Virus record (IMG/VR): IMGVR_UViG_3300027759_003166
Source: a virus
Taxonomy: Duplodnaviria > Caudoviricetes
DNA: 64,000 bases
Reading direction: 5' to 3' (one strand)
The notes below the pieces were generated by a model that saw nothing but the letters and a program-made list of their open reading frames with translations, was not told the origin of the DNA and did not search any database. A program made the position numbers and the translations under genes. Below, in pieces: positions 1 through 9,966 of this stretch (positions are counted from its first letter, which is position 1; each line of letters begins with the position of its first letter).

Positions 1-281
1 AACTTTTCAGCATCCCCACGACTCTTAAATTGCCAACGATCATATGCAATCCTTTGACAGTTGGGCCAAGTTGATAATTGTTCCGTGGCCCAAAAAATAC
101 TTGCATCAAACTCTTTTGAATCCAAATTCCAATCATCATAAATTAGAATTCGAAATTTTCCCGTTATGTCCGGGATCAAATCAATCATAAACTTAGGCTG
201 ACCGTATTCTGCAATGTCTTTATACTTGGCGTACTCCGGTTCAAGTTGCTTGAGCATATGTTTCCACGGATCAGCGGTCAT
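1..281 (-). CDS. Hypothetical protein, runs off the window end; resembles the W..E.F..RW.F...DA..F small-protein family at 45.9-47.1 kb
   Basis: Manual translation from ATG 279-281: MTADPWKHML...FWATEQLSTWPNCQRIAYDRWQFKSRGDAEK; no stop before position 1. Confidence 0.65.
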   Translation of the reverse strand, partial: MTADPWKHMLKQLEPEYAKYKDIAEYGQPKFMIDLIPDITGKFRILIYDDWNLDSKEFDASIFWATEQLSTWPNCQRIAYDRWQFKSRGDAEK

Positions 282-763
282 GCCTTCTTTTTCTTATAGT
301 AAGGACGACGGGCTTTATTAGGTTTTGTTACCAACGGACCATGTTCGCCGTCCTTCTGAGATTGTTCAAGGGCAGCATGAATAGCATCTGGGCTAACTTC
401 ATCCTCATCTGCCATATGTTCTTCAAACCTATCAGTCTCTTCGTTTAATTCTTCATCATCAGAAATAACGACCACTCCAGTCCTTCCTAACATTTTGTGT
501 GCAGCATCAGGGTTACTAAATGCATCTCTAATGCTACCAACGTGTCCATCTTTAGTTTGACTAATAGTATGCCAAGTTCGAATCTCAAGCAACATCTCTA
601 TTTCTGTAGGAATACCAATAACATAATGTGGCTCTTTATTAAATCCATCATAGTCAATGGTAAACACTTTAAGTATTGTACCTTGTGTGGATTTGACATT
701 ATCTCTGCTAATACCGTAAATCCAAACGGTATCGCCTACATTATATTTTTTCTTAACAGTCAT
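278..763 (-). CDS. Hypothetical phage protein with acidic middle and basic tail
   Basis: 161-aa ORF abutting its neighbours. Confidence 0.7.
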   Translation of the reverse strand: MTVKKKYNVGDTVWIYGISRDNVKSTQGTILKVFTIDYDGFNKEPHYVIGIPTEIEMLLEIRTWHTISQTKDGHVGSIRDAFSNPDAAHKMLGRTGVVVISDDEELNEETDRFEEHMADEDEVSPDAIHAALEQSQKDGEHGPLVTKPNKARRPYYKKKKA

Positions 764-933
764 AGTTTATCAGGGCGAGCCTGCTCTTTGCTTTTAACGT
801 CAAGAAGACCAGTAATAAATTTAATAGCCTTGCGATCGGTATCATAAACGTATTCTTGATCTTCATCATCGTCATTACGCAAAGTAACGATAACACCGTT
901 TTTAACTTTGCGTATTTCAATAGATTCAAACAT
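760..933 (-). CDS. Small hypothetical protein (57 aa)
   Basis: Manual translation MFESIEIRKVKNGVIVTLRNDDDEDQEYVY...; its stop overlaps the next ATG. Confidence 0.65.
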   Translation of the reverse strand: MFESIEIRKVKNGVIVTLRNDDDEDQEYVYDTDRKAIKFITGLLDVKSKEQARPDKL

Positions 934-947
934 AAGAATCCTTTCTT

Positions 948-1775
948 TTATTGTTGCGGGACACTCAAATTATAGTTAAAGTGGAAAATACCAATGTGTG
1001 CAATTTCGCGGCTTAGTTCTTGATCACACCACAACTGATATCCTGCCTTCTGTGCTTGTTGACAGAAGAAAATGTCTTCACCAATTTCGAGATTTAAATG
1101 AGGAATGTATTCTTGTAGGTAATGTGGTTGTGGAATCTTTTCATAAACTTCACGTTTGCACAATACCATACCATGTGGTAATACATCAATTAATTCCATT
1201 GCAGGACTATTGTCTGTAGTTTGGAATTCTTGGAATTGGCCAGCGCCACCCATCATACCTGTAAAGTTAGGATTGGGGAAACGACGACGACGATAGTTTG
1301 CACCAACAATGGGTACATTACGGGACAATAGACGCATAGGTGCATCAATGGGGAATTTCATATCGCTGTCAACCCACCAAATATAATCAAAGTCTGATTT
1401 CATAAAGATGTCAACTAGATTACGACGAGCAATAGTAATTACTGATCCAATGTTAAAAGCACAATTAATCTTAATGCCATTGGCAACCATATTAGCACAA
1501 GCCATGGCAAGATGTTGTGCAAATTCTGCATTAACCATTTCCATAGCAGGGACTGCAACCATGATACTTGGACGTTGTCCTCCCTGCATTGGAGCAGGTC
1601 TTGGTTGTCCTTGATTCATAAATGATCGTTGCATATTAGTAGCAGCATTACCAACAGGTGTGTTACGACTTGGGATATTTAATTTAGTCTTTCCGCCTGT
1701 AGCAGGACCATTTGCAACGGAAGGTTCAGCAGTAGGTGCTGTACGACTTGGAATGTTTAATTTACCTTTTTTCAT
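948..1775 (-). CDS. GT-A fold glycosyltransferase-like protein with a disordered N-terminal extension
   Basis: ITIARRNLV...WWVDSDM (DxD) motif and GEDIFFC; N-terminus repeats K(G/T)KLNIPSR twice. Confidence 0.7.
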   Translation of the reverse strand: MKKGKLNIPSRTAPTAEPSVANGPATGGKTKLNIPSRNTPVGNAATNMQRSFMNQGQPRPAPMQGGQRPSIMVAVPAMEMVNAEFAQHLAMACANMVANGIKINCAFNIGSVITIARRNLVDIFMKSDFDYIWWVDSDMKFPIDAPMRLLSRNVPIVGANYRRRRFPNPNFTGMMGGAGQFQEFQTTDNSPAMELIDVLPHGMVLCKREVYEKIPQPHYLQEYIPHLNLEIGEDIFFCQQAQKAGYQLWCDQELSREIAHIGIFHFNYNLSVPQQ

Positions 1776-1800
1776 TTTTTTCCTTATATGTTATTAGGTT

Positions 1801-1833
1801 TTATCGTGGAGCGAATTCTTGTTGTAGTTTGAT
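1801..1833 (-). pseudogene. Orphaned original 3' end of folE (IKLQQEFAPR-stop)
   Basis: Reverse complement reads ATC AAA CTA CAA CAA GAA TTC GCT CCA CGA TAA, a natural continuation of ...KKEFFDN; separated from the body by about 750 bp. Confidence 0.7.
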
Positions 1834-1904
1834 GCCGCTATTTTAACAGCATCCTTTTTAATATTTAACATAAATAAAGTATACACTAAAATTTCTTAAA
1901 GTCA

Positions 1905-2573
1905 ATGTTTTTAGATAACAAATACACAAAAATTTATTATAAATTAATCAATAATGCATTATTGCGAAATCATGTTAAACTACCACATGATGGATTTCAA
2001 GTACATCATATAATACCAAAGTGTATTGGTGGAACCGATAATAAATCAAATCTCGTAACATTACATTTTAAAGAACATAGGGTATGTCATTGTTTATTAA
2101 TCAAAATGCAAATCACTAAATCTGCAGAAATTAAAATGCGACATGCTTATGGTTTTTTTAACAAAAGTAGTCGGTACAATGGACCTAGATATAAACGAGG
2201 TAAGGACAACATTTTCTCCAACCCTAAGATTATTGAGCAAGTTCGAAGTAGAATGATACATAATAATCCTATGAAAAATTCTGCTATACAAGAAAAACGG
2301 TTAGTATCGTGGAAATCTAATCGTGCCGCTAAAAACTTTATACCTCCAAGAATACTTAAAGATAAATTTATTACACCATTTGGTATATTTAAAACTAAAA
2401 AAGAAATACAGAAAGTTTTAAACATACCTGAATGGACTTTAAATACCATCTACAATAATTTAGATTCTTTTCCTATATCAAATGGAAGAAGTAGTAAAAA
2501 GATTGCACATTTAAATATTGATATAAACAAGACTTGGAAAGATAATGGATTTGACTTACTTACCGTTTCTTGA
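1905..2573 (+). mobile_element. Free-standing HNH homing endonuclease inserted antisense into the folE 3' end
   Basis: HHIIPKCIGGTDNKSNLVTLHFKEHRVCH HNH motif; upstream CATAAATA late-type box at 1869-1876. Confidence 0.85.
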
Positions 2574-3350
2574 TTGAAGTAATATATTATCAAAGAACTC
2601 TTTTTTTGTTCCTTTATCAGTATTAAACGCACCTTTAAGTACAGTAGTTTGAGTTAAAGAACTATGTGCCATTATGCCTCTATTGGTGCAGCACCCATGT
2701 TCGGCTTCGAGATAAACAGCTACGTTTTCGCTGTCTGTGGCTTTCATGATTTCACGAGCAATGTCGTTACAAAGTTCTTCTTGTAGAGTACCGCGTCTAG
2801 CACACCATTGTGCGATGCGTGTATACTTACTTAATCCTATTAACTTCTGCGCGGCCAAGATTCCGATATAGGCAACGCCACTAACAGGTTGATGATGATG
2901 ACTACACATTGATTTAAGTTCACTACGAACTACCAACATTCCTTCATACCGTTCATCGCTGTCATTTGGAAATGCAGTTGCATCAGGTGCCGTCTCATAT
3001 CTACCTGCCATAATTTCATTGAAATACATCTTGGCCAAACGACGAGCAGTGCCTTTACTATTAGGATCATTCTCTCGATCAATAAGCAATGTATCCAATA
3101 CAGTTTCAAATGCTTCTGTGGCTTCGTTAATCAAGTGTTCCTTGTCAGATTCTGCAATATAGTCACTGATATTGTCACCAGCCCAAAATCTTTTACCGTC
3201 AAGACGCATACGGCTACGTAACGCCTCGCTCAAATACTTGCCAGGACTATCTTTCTTAGCAAATAATTTATGCCCGTCAACTGGCACATACTCTTGTGCC
3301 GTAATTCCATTTATAGTTGGATCAGGTTTAAATGTTCTATTTTCACTCAA
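2556..3350 (-). CDS. folE: GTP cyclohydrolase I
   Basis: SMCSHHHQP, GLSKYTRI, RGTLQE and EHGCCTNRG motifs. Confidence 0.95.
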   Translation of the reverse strand: MSENRTFKPDPTINGITAQEYVPVDGHKLFAKKDSPGKYLSEALRSRMRLDGKRFWAGDNISDYIAESDKEHLINEATEAFETVLDTLLIDRENDPNSKGTARRLAKMYFNEIMAGRYETAPDATAFPNDSDERYEGMLVVRSELKSMCSHHHQPVSGVAYIGILAAQKLIGLSKYTRIAQWCARRGTLQEELCNDIAREIMKATDSENVAVYLEAEHGCCTNRGIMAHSSLTQTTVLKGAFNTDKGTKKEFFDNILLQSRNGK

Positions 3351-3381
3351 TTATATTCTCCAGTACAGTTATAATACACGA

Positions 3382-4236
3382 TTATTTAGATTCTGTCAAC
3401 CTAAGTAAAGTATTTTTCTTAACTGCCGCATCCAGAACATTCATTACTATCTCATGTTTTTCTGCGTACTTGAGTAATGCGCTGGTATCTTTAGGGAAAC
3501 ACGCTCCACCGAATCCATAATTACCATCTGGCCCAGGTACTTGCATATGGCTAGATCCAATTCGTCGATCCTGTGTAATCATGTACGCAACTTGATTAAA
3601 ATCTACACCGGTCTTTGAACATAGTGTTTCGAGTTCATTCATAAACACAACCTTAGTAGCCATAAATGTATTGATCGCATATTTGGCCATTGCGGCTTCG
3701 GCAATTGTACAATGCTGTATTCTTTTTAAGTTCTTTTGGGATAATTGTATAATACGGTCTGCTTCTCTTATGTAAGCAGGGACTCTTCCACCGATAAAAA
3801 CAAACTCACCATTTGCGTAATCTTTAACGGCATGGGCCGCAGTTAAAAATTCTGGAGCATGGATTAGATTTGGATGCTGTATATTCTGTGCTTCATACCA
3901 ATCAGGTGGTGCTGTACATTTACTAATGATAACACCTGTATATCCACGTCTATGTAACTCATTTAGTATCCCTCCTAATATGCTTGTATCACAGGTACCG
4001 TCGTCGTCTTGAGGAGTTGGTACGCATACAAATATACCACTACACTTCATTAAATCTTGATATGTAGCGTTATGTCCTTTAGCAGGATCCATAACAAAGA
4101 GTTCTGCGTCCATTTCTAAAGCATTCGCAATGGCACCGCCTACAAAGCCAAAGCCTATAATTCCAATTTTTTCCATACGATTATTTTTAAAGATTATTTT
4201 AGCACCGCCCATGGTGCCTGGCATGTTCAAAGTCAT
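3382..4236 (-). CDS. UDP-glucose/GDP-mannose dehydrogenase family protein (probable start 4176)
   Basis: IGIIGFGFVG Rossmann motif, CVPTP, APEFL, FGGACFPKD. Confidence 0.9.
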   Translation of the reverse strand: MTLNMPGTMGGAKIIFKNNRMEKIGIIGFGFVGGAIANALEMDAELFVMDPAKGHNATYQDLMKCSGIFVCVPTPQDDDGTCDTSILGGILNELHRRGYTGVIISKCTAPPDWYEAQNIQHPNLIHAPEFLTAAHAVKDYANGEFVFIGGRVPAYIREADRIIQLSQKNLKRIQHCTIAEAAMAKYAINTFMATKVVFMNELETLCSKTGVDFNQVAYMITQDRRIGSSHMQVPGPDGNYGFGGACFPKDTSALLKYAEKHEIVMNVLDAAVKKNTLLRLTESK

Positions 4237-4267
4237 GCTATCATTATAGCATACTATTTAACTTAGA

Positions 4268-5002
4268 TCAATAGCAGATCCAATCTTTATTGCGATATGG
4301 TTTGCCAATAGCGGCATTTGGGAGATATTGTAAAACTTTCTTCTTTACTTTTTTAATAATTGGATGATTGTGGTCGTGATCAAATGCTTTAAGATACATA
4401 AACCATTCATCATATCTTACTCGTTTATTTTTCTGATCAATGTTTAAATGCCTAACAACATCCTTGGTACTCTTATATTTGTCTAGTAGATCACAGGCAA
4501 TATTAAAACCGTAAGCATCTATTTCATCACTGTTGCCCAAATAACTTTGTTCTAATCTTTTAGATGCTCTACGTGCGGTACTTGGATAATCTGGCAAGTC
4601 TTTAAACTCCCGTCTGCGGAATTGTCGCATATGGATAATCTCATGCAGTATGGTATCTGCAATTACCAAACATATTCTATAAAATTTACGTGTATTGATT
4701 TTTAAGTATATGTCCTTGGGATTGTATAATAATGAAACTTCTATACACGGTTTATCATTTTGATCATGCAAACTATAGTAGCATCCTCCGATCATAACTG
4801 AATTAGTATCTGCCTTGTCATATTTTGATTTGGCTATACGTAATGGAATGTATTTTTTTAAATGCCTATAGATCATACCGTGGAATTGATTAACGGTTAA
4901 CTGTTGATTTATTATCTTTGGAGCCAGTGCCCAAATAAAACCAGCAATACCATGACGATTCACTGATGACCAATCAAACTCTGATCTACTTGCCATAGAC
5001 AT
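4268..5002 (-). CDS. Hypothetical protein with an HEXXH zincin-like motif
   Basis: ILHEIIHMRQ ... YLGNSDEIDAY. Confidence 0.6.
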   Translation of the reverse strand: MSMASRSEFDWSSVNRHGIAGFIWALAPKIINQQLTVNQFHGMIYRHLKKYIPLRIAKSKYDKADTNSVMIGGCYYSLHDQNDKPCIEVSLLYNPKDIYLKINTRKFYRICLVIADTILHEIIHMRQFRRREFKDLPDYPSTARRASKRLEQSYLGNSDEIDAYGFNIACDLLDKYKSTKDVVRHLNIDQKNKRVRYDEWFMYLKAFDHDHNHPIIKKVKKKVLQYLPNAAIGKPYRNKDWICY

Positions 5003-5074
5003 CCTTTATTGTACATCAGTATTTATTAGGTTGTTAAATACATTCGGGTCAAACCAATTAACTATATTAATATT

Positions 5075-5413
5075 ATGAATTACTGGTCAAGAGAACAAAC
5101 TAAAGCGTGGATTACACAATTAGAAGATCGTTTAGAAGATATTGCAGAGTATCTTGAAAAAACAGAAATATGGTGTGATGAAAATGGTATAGACGATGAT
5201 CGAGTAGTATTCATGTGTATGTTCCTCACTTGTATTTGGGTTAGCCAACTACGCGGTGAAGAAATTACCTATGTTGAACTCATGGAAATGTTAGGTGTAG
5301 ATGAATTAGAAGTAGGCGAAGAAAAATTCTATGAATTAGACGATCAATATGCCGGACTTACTCACAAAGAATTATTAGTTGAAGCTGTATCAAATTTTGA
5401 TCCAGAGGATTAA
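5075..5413 (+). CDS. Hypothetical acidic protein
   Basis: 112-aa ORF on the opposite strand to its neighbours. Confidence 0.6.
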   Translation: MNYWSREQTKAWITQLEDRLEDIAEYLEKTEIWCDENGIDDDRVVFMCMFLTCIWVSQLRGEEITYVELMEMLGVDELEVGEEKFYELDDQYAGLTHKELLVEAVSNFDPED

Positions 5414-5739
5414 ACAGAAAAGCTAGATCCACAACCACAAGTGGATTGAGCATTAGGATTTTTAATTATAAAATTTGATCCCATGAGTTCTTCTTTGTAA
5501 TCTATTGTAGCACCTTGTAAGTATTGCATACTTATAGCATCTACCAACACGGTCATGCCTGGTTTTTTAATTACAAAATCGTCTTCATTTTTTTCTTCGT
5601 CAAGAGTGAACCCATAATTAAATCCACTGCATCCGCCACCTTGTACAAAAGTTCTTAACATTATTTTTGGATTATTTTCTTCTGCAAGAATATCTGCAAT
5701 TTTAAGTATTGCAGAGTTAGTGATTTCAATTTGATCCAT
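5410..5739 (-). CDS. erpA: A-type Fe-S carrier, ErpA-like
   Basis: [11 protein letters not shown] and CGCGSSF motifs. Confidence 0.85.
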   Translation of the reverse strand: MDQIEITNSAILKIADILAEENNPKIMLRTFVQGGGCSGFNYGFTLDEEKNEDDFVIKKPGMTVLVDAISMQYLQGATIDYKEELMGSNFIIKNPNAQSTCGCGSSFSV

Positions 5740-6106
5740 GCTTGCTCCTATAATCAGTTATCGCCGCCTTGATTGCATCTTCTGCAAGTATGCTGCAATG
5801 TATCTTAACTGGAGGGAGGACTAATTCTTCAGCAATTTTTGAATTAGTAATTGTTCCTGCTTGGTCAAGAGTTTTGCCTTTAATCCATTCAGTAACAAGG
5901 CTTGAGCTGGCAATTGCACTTCCACAGCCGTATGTTTTAAACCTTGCATCTGTAATGATTCCGTCTTCTACTTTTATTTGTAATTTCATTACATCCCCAC
6001 ACGCAGGTGCTCCTACCATACCTGTACCTATAGAATCATCTATATCAAACTTACCCACATTACGAGGGTTTTCATAATGATCAATTACAATATCCGAGTA
6101 TGCCAT
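5726..6106 (-). CDS. iscU: Fe-S scaffold IscU (start refined to ATG 6106)
   Basis: [50 protein letters not shown]. Confidence 0.95.
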   Translation of the reverse strand: MAYSDIVIDHYENPRNVGKFDIDDSIGTGMVGAPACGDVMKLQIKVEDGIITDARFKTYGCGSAIASSSLVTEWIKGKTLDQAGTITNSKIAEELVLPPVKIHCSILAEDAIKAAITDYRSKHGSN

Positions 6107-6107
6107 A

Positions 6108-6434
6108 TTAAATCCTAAAACTTTCTCCACAGCCGCAACGATCGCGTTCCTGTGGATTGTTAAAGTCAAACCCTTCATTGAGTCCTTGTTTTTTCCAGTC
6201 TATTTCAAGACCGTTTAGATAAACAGAATCTCTCCCATTTACCCAAACTGTTACTCCATGACTATCGTATTTAAACCAGTCGCGAGTAACCGGTGCTTGA
6301 TCTATATATTCTAATACATAGGCCAATCCCGAGCAACCTGTAGTTCGAACACCAACTTTAAGTCCTATGCCCTTGCCACGTTTAACTAATTGTTGTTTGA
6401 CTTTATTTGATGCTTGTTCAGTCAATGTGATCAT
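6108..6434 (-). CDS. iscA: A-type Fe-S carrier IscA
   Basis: GVRTTGCSGLAY and CGCGESF motifs. Confidence 0.9.
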   Translation of the reverse strand: MITLTEQASNKVKQQLVKRGKGIGLKVGVRTTGCSGLAYVLEYIDQAPVTRDWFKYDSHGVTVWVNGRDSVYLNGLEIDWKKQGLNEGFDFNNPQERDRCGCGESFRI

Positions 6435-6436
6435 TT

Positions 6437-6685
6437 TTAGCTGTAGTCTCTGACTGTGCCACCATGACGAACACTTTTCATCTTCTTACCTTTTAGACGT
6501 ACCCCCGATCCATCAACGCCTTGCTTGCCTGTACCTGCTGTATGTTCGCTGTCATGTGCTAATAAACCATGGCTTACACATTGAGCATATCTAACATTGC
6601 TTAGACGTGAATGCCCAACGGAGCATTGACTGGCTGTAGGAGTAGCTAGATCTTTTTCGGTAAGTAGTTCTATAATTCGCATCAA
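6437..6685 (-). CDS. Hypothetical protein with an MRIIELLTE leader, possible internal virion protein
   Basis: 82-aa ORF with an I/L-x-E N-terminal signature. Confidence 0.55.
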   Translation of the reverse strand: MMRIIELLTEKDLATPTASQCSVGHSRLSNVRYAQCVSHGLLAHDSEHTAGTGKQGVDGSGVRLKGKKMKSVRHGGTVRDYS

Positions 6686-6692
6686 GTATTTA

Positions 6693-7019
6693 TTATTTGA
6701 AAAGGATTAATCCCATAATCAATGTTTGAGCAGCAAATCCTAAGCAAATTGTAGCAATATACAGGAAATTACGTTCAATTAAGCTCTTAAAGAACAAAGT
6801 AAGCAATCCACTCCAGACAAATACCATAAGATCTACAGGTGGTAGCTTGTCACTTTGCGCCATTAGTACAGCTAAAAGCGTGGGAATACTGGCAAAATGT
6901 AGCAGAATAATAGTTACCCAACCCAATGTGTGGGCACTCATATGGCCGAGATGATCTCGGAAAAATACATAAATTTTATTAGGTACACTTCCAACCATCT
7001 CTAAAAATTCTAATTTCAT
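6693..7019 (-). CDS. Hypothetical membrane protein
   Basis: Three hydrophobic segments. Confidence 0.65.
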   Translation of the reverse strand: MKLEFLEMVGSVPNKIYVFFRDHLGHMSAHTLGWVTIILLHFASIPTLLAVLMAQSDKLPPVDLMVFVWSGLLTLFFKSLIERNFLYIATICLGFAAQTLIMGLILFK

Positions 7020-7028
7020 TTTGCTTCC

Positions 7029-7595
7029 TTACTTGTAAAAAATGTGATGTCCAATTTTAGCCACTTGCTCTTTCTTCCAACCAGGATTAATATAATCCGC
7101 ATGGTAGTATAGAGCATTCTTCAAACTAGGTAAACGATAGTCTTCCAGTAGAACCTTTTGAGCAGCAATCATACTTTCGTTATAGTTAGCACGATTAGTA
7201 GGTCTGAATGCTACTTCTCTATCGCATACCCAAGAGAATTGGCATACTACTTTTTCGTAGAATACATTCTTCTGATAAATGACCTTACAAACGTCGCCAG
7301 GAAACTGGCTGCTGTTTACACGGTTCATGGTCACTTGAGCTACAGCGACTTTGCCTTCAAATGGCTCGCTGCCTGCTTCGTGATATATATTTTTAGCAAG
7401 ACACCCTAATTGGCGTTCTCGCATTTCGGCAGTAACCTGTGCTGTTGTGGTTACTCCCACACGGGAAAATTTGTCTGTTACTGCCCAATGTAGCAGCATT
7501 ATACTACTAAGAAATGCTATTGCCATTAACGTAATGTTAAGAATCTTAGCAGCCGATGTACCAGTCTGTTCCCTGTCTAGCGCAATAGTAGTCAT
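7029..7595 (-). CDS. Cell wall hydrolase, SleB/Hydrolase_2 family
   Basis: CLAKNIYHEAGSE...AVAQVTMNRV...QFSW...YYHADY..P.W...IGHHIFY; N-terminal TM segment. Confidence 0.9.
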   Translation of the reverse strand: MTTIALDREQTGTSAAKILNITLMAIAFLSSIMLLHWAVTDKFSRVGVTTTAQVTAEMRERQLGCLAKNIYHEAGSEPFEGKVAVAQVTMNRVNSSQFPGDVCKVIYQKNVFYEKVVCQFSWVCDREVAFRPTNRANYNESMIAAQKVLLEDYRLPSLKNALYYHADYINPGWKKEQVAKIGHHIFYK

Positions 7596-7671
7596 TTAGA
7601 CCTCCTTTTCGTTAGCGGTTAAGTAGTTATCAATAAGTTATTAGTATAAACTATTAATATAATGATGTCAA

Positions 7672-7884
7672 CTATTTGTTTATCCTCATTATCTGCCAAT
7701 TGTTACTGTTGCCTTTAACACCATCGTCGTAGAGTAATTCAACATTACCCCAGAAACTTTCTTCACCATCATAACTTAGACGTTGTTGTATTACAGTGGC
7801 TTCCATTTTAAGTGGTGCTACCCAGACTCTTTCACCAGGTTTCCAAATTGGACCATTTCCGTTGCTATCAACTTCTTTATCCAT
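7672..7884 (-). CDS. Hypothetical protein
   Basis: 70-aa ORF with upstream AAGG. Confidence 0.55.
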   Translation of the reverse strand: MDKEVDSNGNGPIWKPGERVWVAPLKMEATVIQQRLSYDGEESFWGNVELLYDDGVKGNSNNWQIMRINK

Positions 7885-8016
7885 ATTAAATCCTTATGTT
7901 AGAAGTACAAACGTGTTTTTGAGTTACAATAACTTCTGGAATAGTTACTTGGCTCAATAGCAAAAGCCAAAGGAATGTACTAACTCCAAATCCAATTAAG
8001 TATTCTTTATATTTGC

Positions 8017-8220
8017 TCATTCTTCTATTCCAAAATGTTCTTTAATCATTCTAACCATATAGGGTCTATCAGGTGATATTCGAACTACTATTGCAGTACA
8101 TTCGTTGACCACTAATTCTGTAAATTTTAAAATATCAAATGGGTGATTGCGGTCGTAGATGTGAGCATTAATTTTAAATCCACATTGATCAGCAATTTCT
8201 CTAATGCGTTCTTCATTCAT
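8017..8220 (-). CDS. Hypothetical protein (MNERI..HFG.E family)
   Basis: Paralog of 8220-8408 and 47148-47324. Confidence 0.65.
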   Translation of the reverse strand: MNEERIREIADQCGFKINAHIYDRNHPFDILKFTELVVNECTAIVVRISPDRPYMVRMIKEHFGIEE

Positions 8221-8408
8221 TATTCAACACCAAAATGTTTTTTTATTTTCTTTTCAAGAGCTGTATATGTTAAAAACCGTCCATCATTGTTAATAATGGT
8301 TGCACATTCCTGAACAATCAACCTGGCAAATTTTTCATGGTTAAAATTAAGACCAAATTCTGTGTGTTCCCAGCATTGTGGAGCAAGTTCTTTAATTCGT
8401 TCATTCAT
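8220..8408 (-). CDS. Hypothetical protein (MNERI..HFG.E family)
   Basis: PQCWEH.EFGLNFN..KFA.LIV is shared with 47148-47324. Confidence 0.7.
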   Translation of the reverse strand: MNERIKELAPQCWEHTEFGLNFNHEKFARLIVQECATIINNDGRFLTYTALEKKIKKHFGVE

Positions 8409-8420
8409 TTTAATGCCTTG

Positions 8421-9011
8421 TTACATGGTAGGGCCATTGCCATTTTTAAATCCAATGGTTCCACCTTCTTCAATAATACGTTTCTTTACATCTTCAAATA
8501 ATATAGGCGCAAAGTCAGTTTGCTCCACGCATACACAATGATATCGGACATCAATGACAGGTGTGGCAAATTCTCCAGAAGCTGGTCCAGGTTTCATTAC
8601 TCTGTTGGCATGAGTATGCCCGTGTACATTTACACCAAACCTACCTAACGATTCTGTGTGTAATGGGATATGACTAAAAATCATTCCTTCAACTACGTGA
8701 TAGGCACGTAATTCACGGAAGTACTTACGATACTCATCATCTGGAAAGATATCGTGATTGCCGCGGATTAACACCTTGTCGCCGTTTAATCTAGACATAG
8801 TGGGTAAGTGCTTTCGGTTCATAACCACATCGCCTAAGTGATATACTTTATCTTTGGGACCAACACGGTCATTCCAGGCCTTAATCATGGCTTCGTCCAT
8901 TTCTTCAGGACTATCCCAGGGCCTTAATTTGGTCACACCGTCATTCCGTGTGAAATGACATACGCCCTTGTGTCCAAAGTGAGTGTCACTAACTAAAAAT
9001 ACTGCTGGCAT
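8421..9011 (-). CDS. Calcineurin-like metallophosphoesterase
   Basis: SDTHFGH, YHLGD, RGNHD, SHIP and HGHTH motifs. Confidence 0.9.
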   Translation of the reverse strand: MPAVFLVSDTHFGHKGVCHFTRNDGVTKLRPWDSPEEMDEAMIKAWNDRVGPKDKVYHLGDVVMNRKHLPTMSRLNGDKVLIRGNHDIFPDDEYRKYFRELRAYHVVEGMIFSHIPLHTESLGRFGVNVHGHTHANRVMKPGPASGEFATPVIDVRYHCVCVEQTDFAPILFEDVKKRIIEEGGTIGFKNGNGPTM

Positions 9012-9271
9012 TATACGTGCTCCTTTTTAACTCTACCAATACGGCTTGATTTATTCCAATCATAGATAACGCCGTCTGGACATTTACCGTCATTTATGGA
9101 ATCTACTCCAAACATACCGCAGACTTGAAAGTCTGGCCCTGTGATTGTTACGAACCCTCCCCAGTCTTTGGCGAAGCGCATTGCTTGATCTAGAGTATCA
9201 CACTCGTGGAGTTTGTTTCCTATTTTACTTATTACTTTATACATGCCGTAATTATACAGCAGTTTTACCAA
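9011..9271 (-). CDS. Hypothetical protein
   Basis: ORF coupled to its neighbours. Confidence 0.55.
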   Translation of the reverse strand: MVKLLYNYGMYKVISKIGNKLHECDTLDQAMRFAKDWGGFVTITGPDFQVCGMFGVDSINDGKCPDGVIYDWNKSSRIGRVKKEHV

Positions 9272-9275
9272 CTTG

Positions 9276-9512
9276 TCAAGTCTTTGAGCTCATTTTAAGC
9301 AGGTAAAGAGTTACTTCTGGACCATCAACAATTACTACATCGTTGGGATATTTGTTAACACCGTTATACCATATACTGTGCTCGCCTACTTCCCAAACTC
9401 TAACCATTATCTTGTTGAGTTTCTTTACAGTACCAAATTCCAAACTATTACGGTATGGATAACAGACAGCATCGCCAACTTTGATAATGCGTCCTAATTT
9501 ATCTTTATGCAT
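9276..9512 (-). CDS. Hypothetical protein
   Basis: DKLGRIIKVGDAV start typical of small phage SH3-like proteins. Confidence 0.6.
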   Translation of the reverse strand: MHKDKLGRIIKVGDAVCYPYRNSLEFGTVKKLNKIMVRVWEVGEHSIWYNGVNKYPNDVVIVDGPEVTLYLLKMSSKT

Positions 9513-9966
9513 ACCAAATTTCCTTGAAGCCTTCTTCCAAAGTTGGTTCTTCCCAATTACTAATCATATCGTCGATAACATTCTTTGGAATATGTTTTCC
9601 AGGCCGACTACTTAGCCGTACATCTAATTCATCACGTGGGGGTGTTCGAAATACTACAGCAATAGTATAGTACTCAGGCAACATTCGAATCTTCTTTAAA
9701 CGTGAATATATTGTAGTGCTGGTTTGATCCCAAACAATATCTCGCCCTGCTTCACAAGCATGAGCAACATCACCTACCATATACTCCACGCATTTGGGCA
9801 TAACTTCATTAAAGACTTCGCTATAAGTTTTACCCATATTCTTAGCATATTCTTCAACGTAGCGATCTGTGCTGATGTATGCAGCTTCTTGCAACCATTC
9901 TTGATCGCAATGCCACGAACTTTTACCAGAACATGGCACTCCAACTAACATATACAATTTTGGCAT
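9505..9966 (-). CDS. P-loop kinase (AAA_33 / polynucleotide-kinase-like)
   Basis: LVGVPCSGKSS Walker A, ISTD, VWDQT, EEPTLEEGF. Confidence 0.85.
   Translation of the reverse strand: MPKLYMLVGVPCSGKSSWHCDQEWLQEAAYISTDRYVEEYAKNMGKTYSEVFNEVMPKCVEYMVGDVAHACEAGRDIVWDQTSTTIYSRLKKIRMLPEYYTIAVVFRTPPRDELDVRLSSRPGKHIPKNVIDDMISNWEEPTLEEGFKEIWYA

Noticed and set aside
1832-2583. Self-splicing group I or II intron in folE
   Set aside because: Only about 80 nt lie outside the antisense HNH ORF, too little for a ribozyme core, and the junctions do not fit the exon-U / intron-terminal-G rule in frame.
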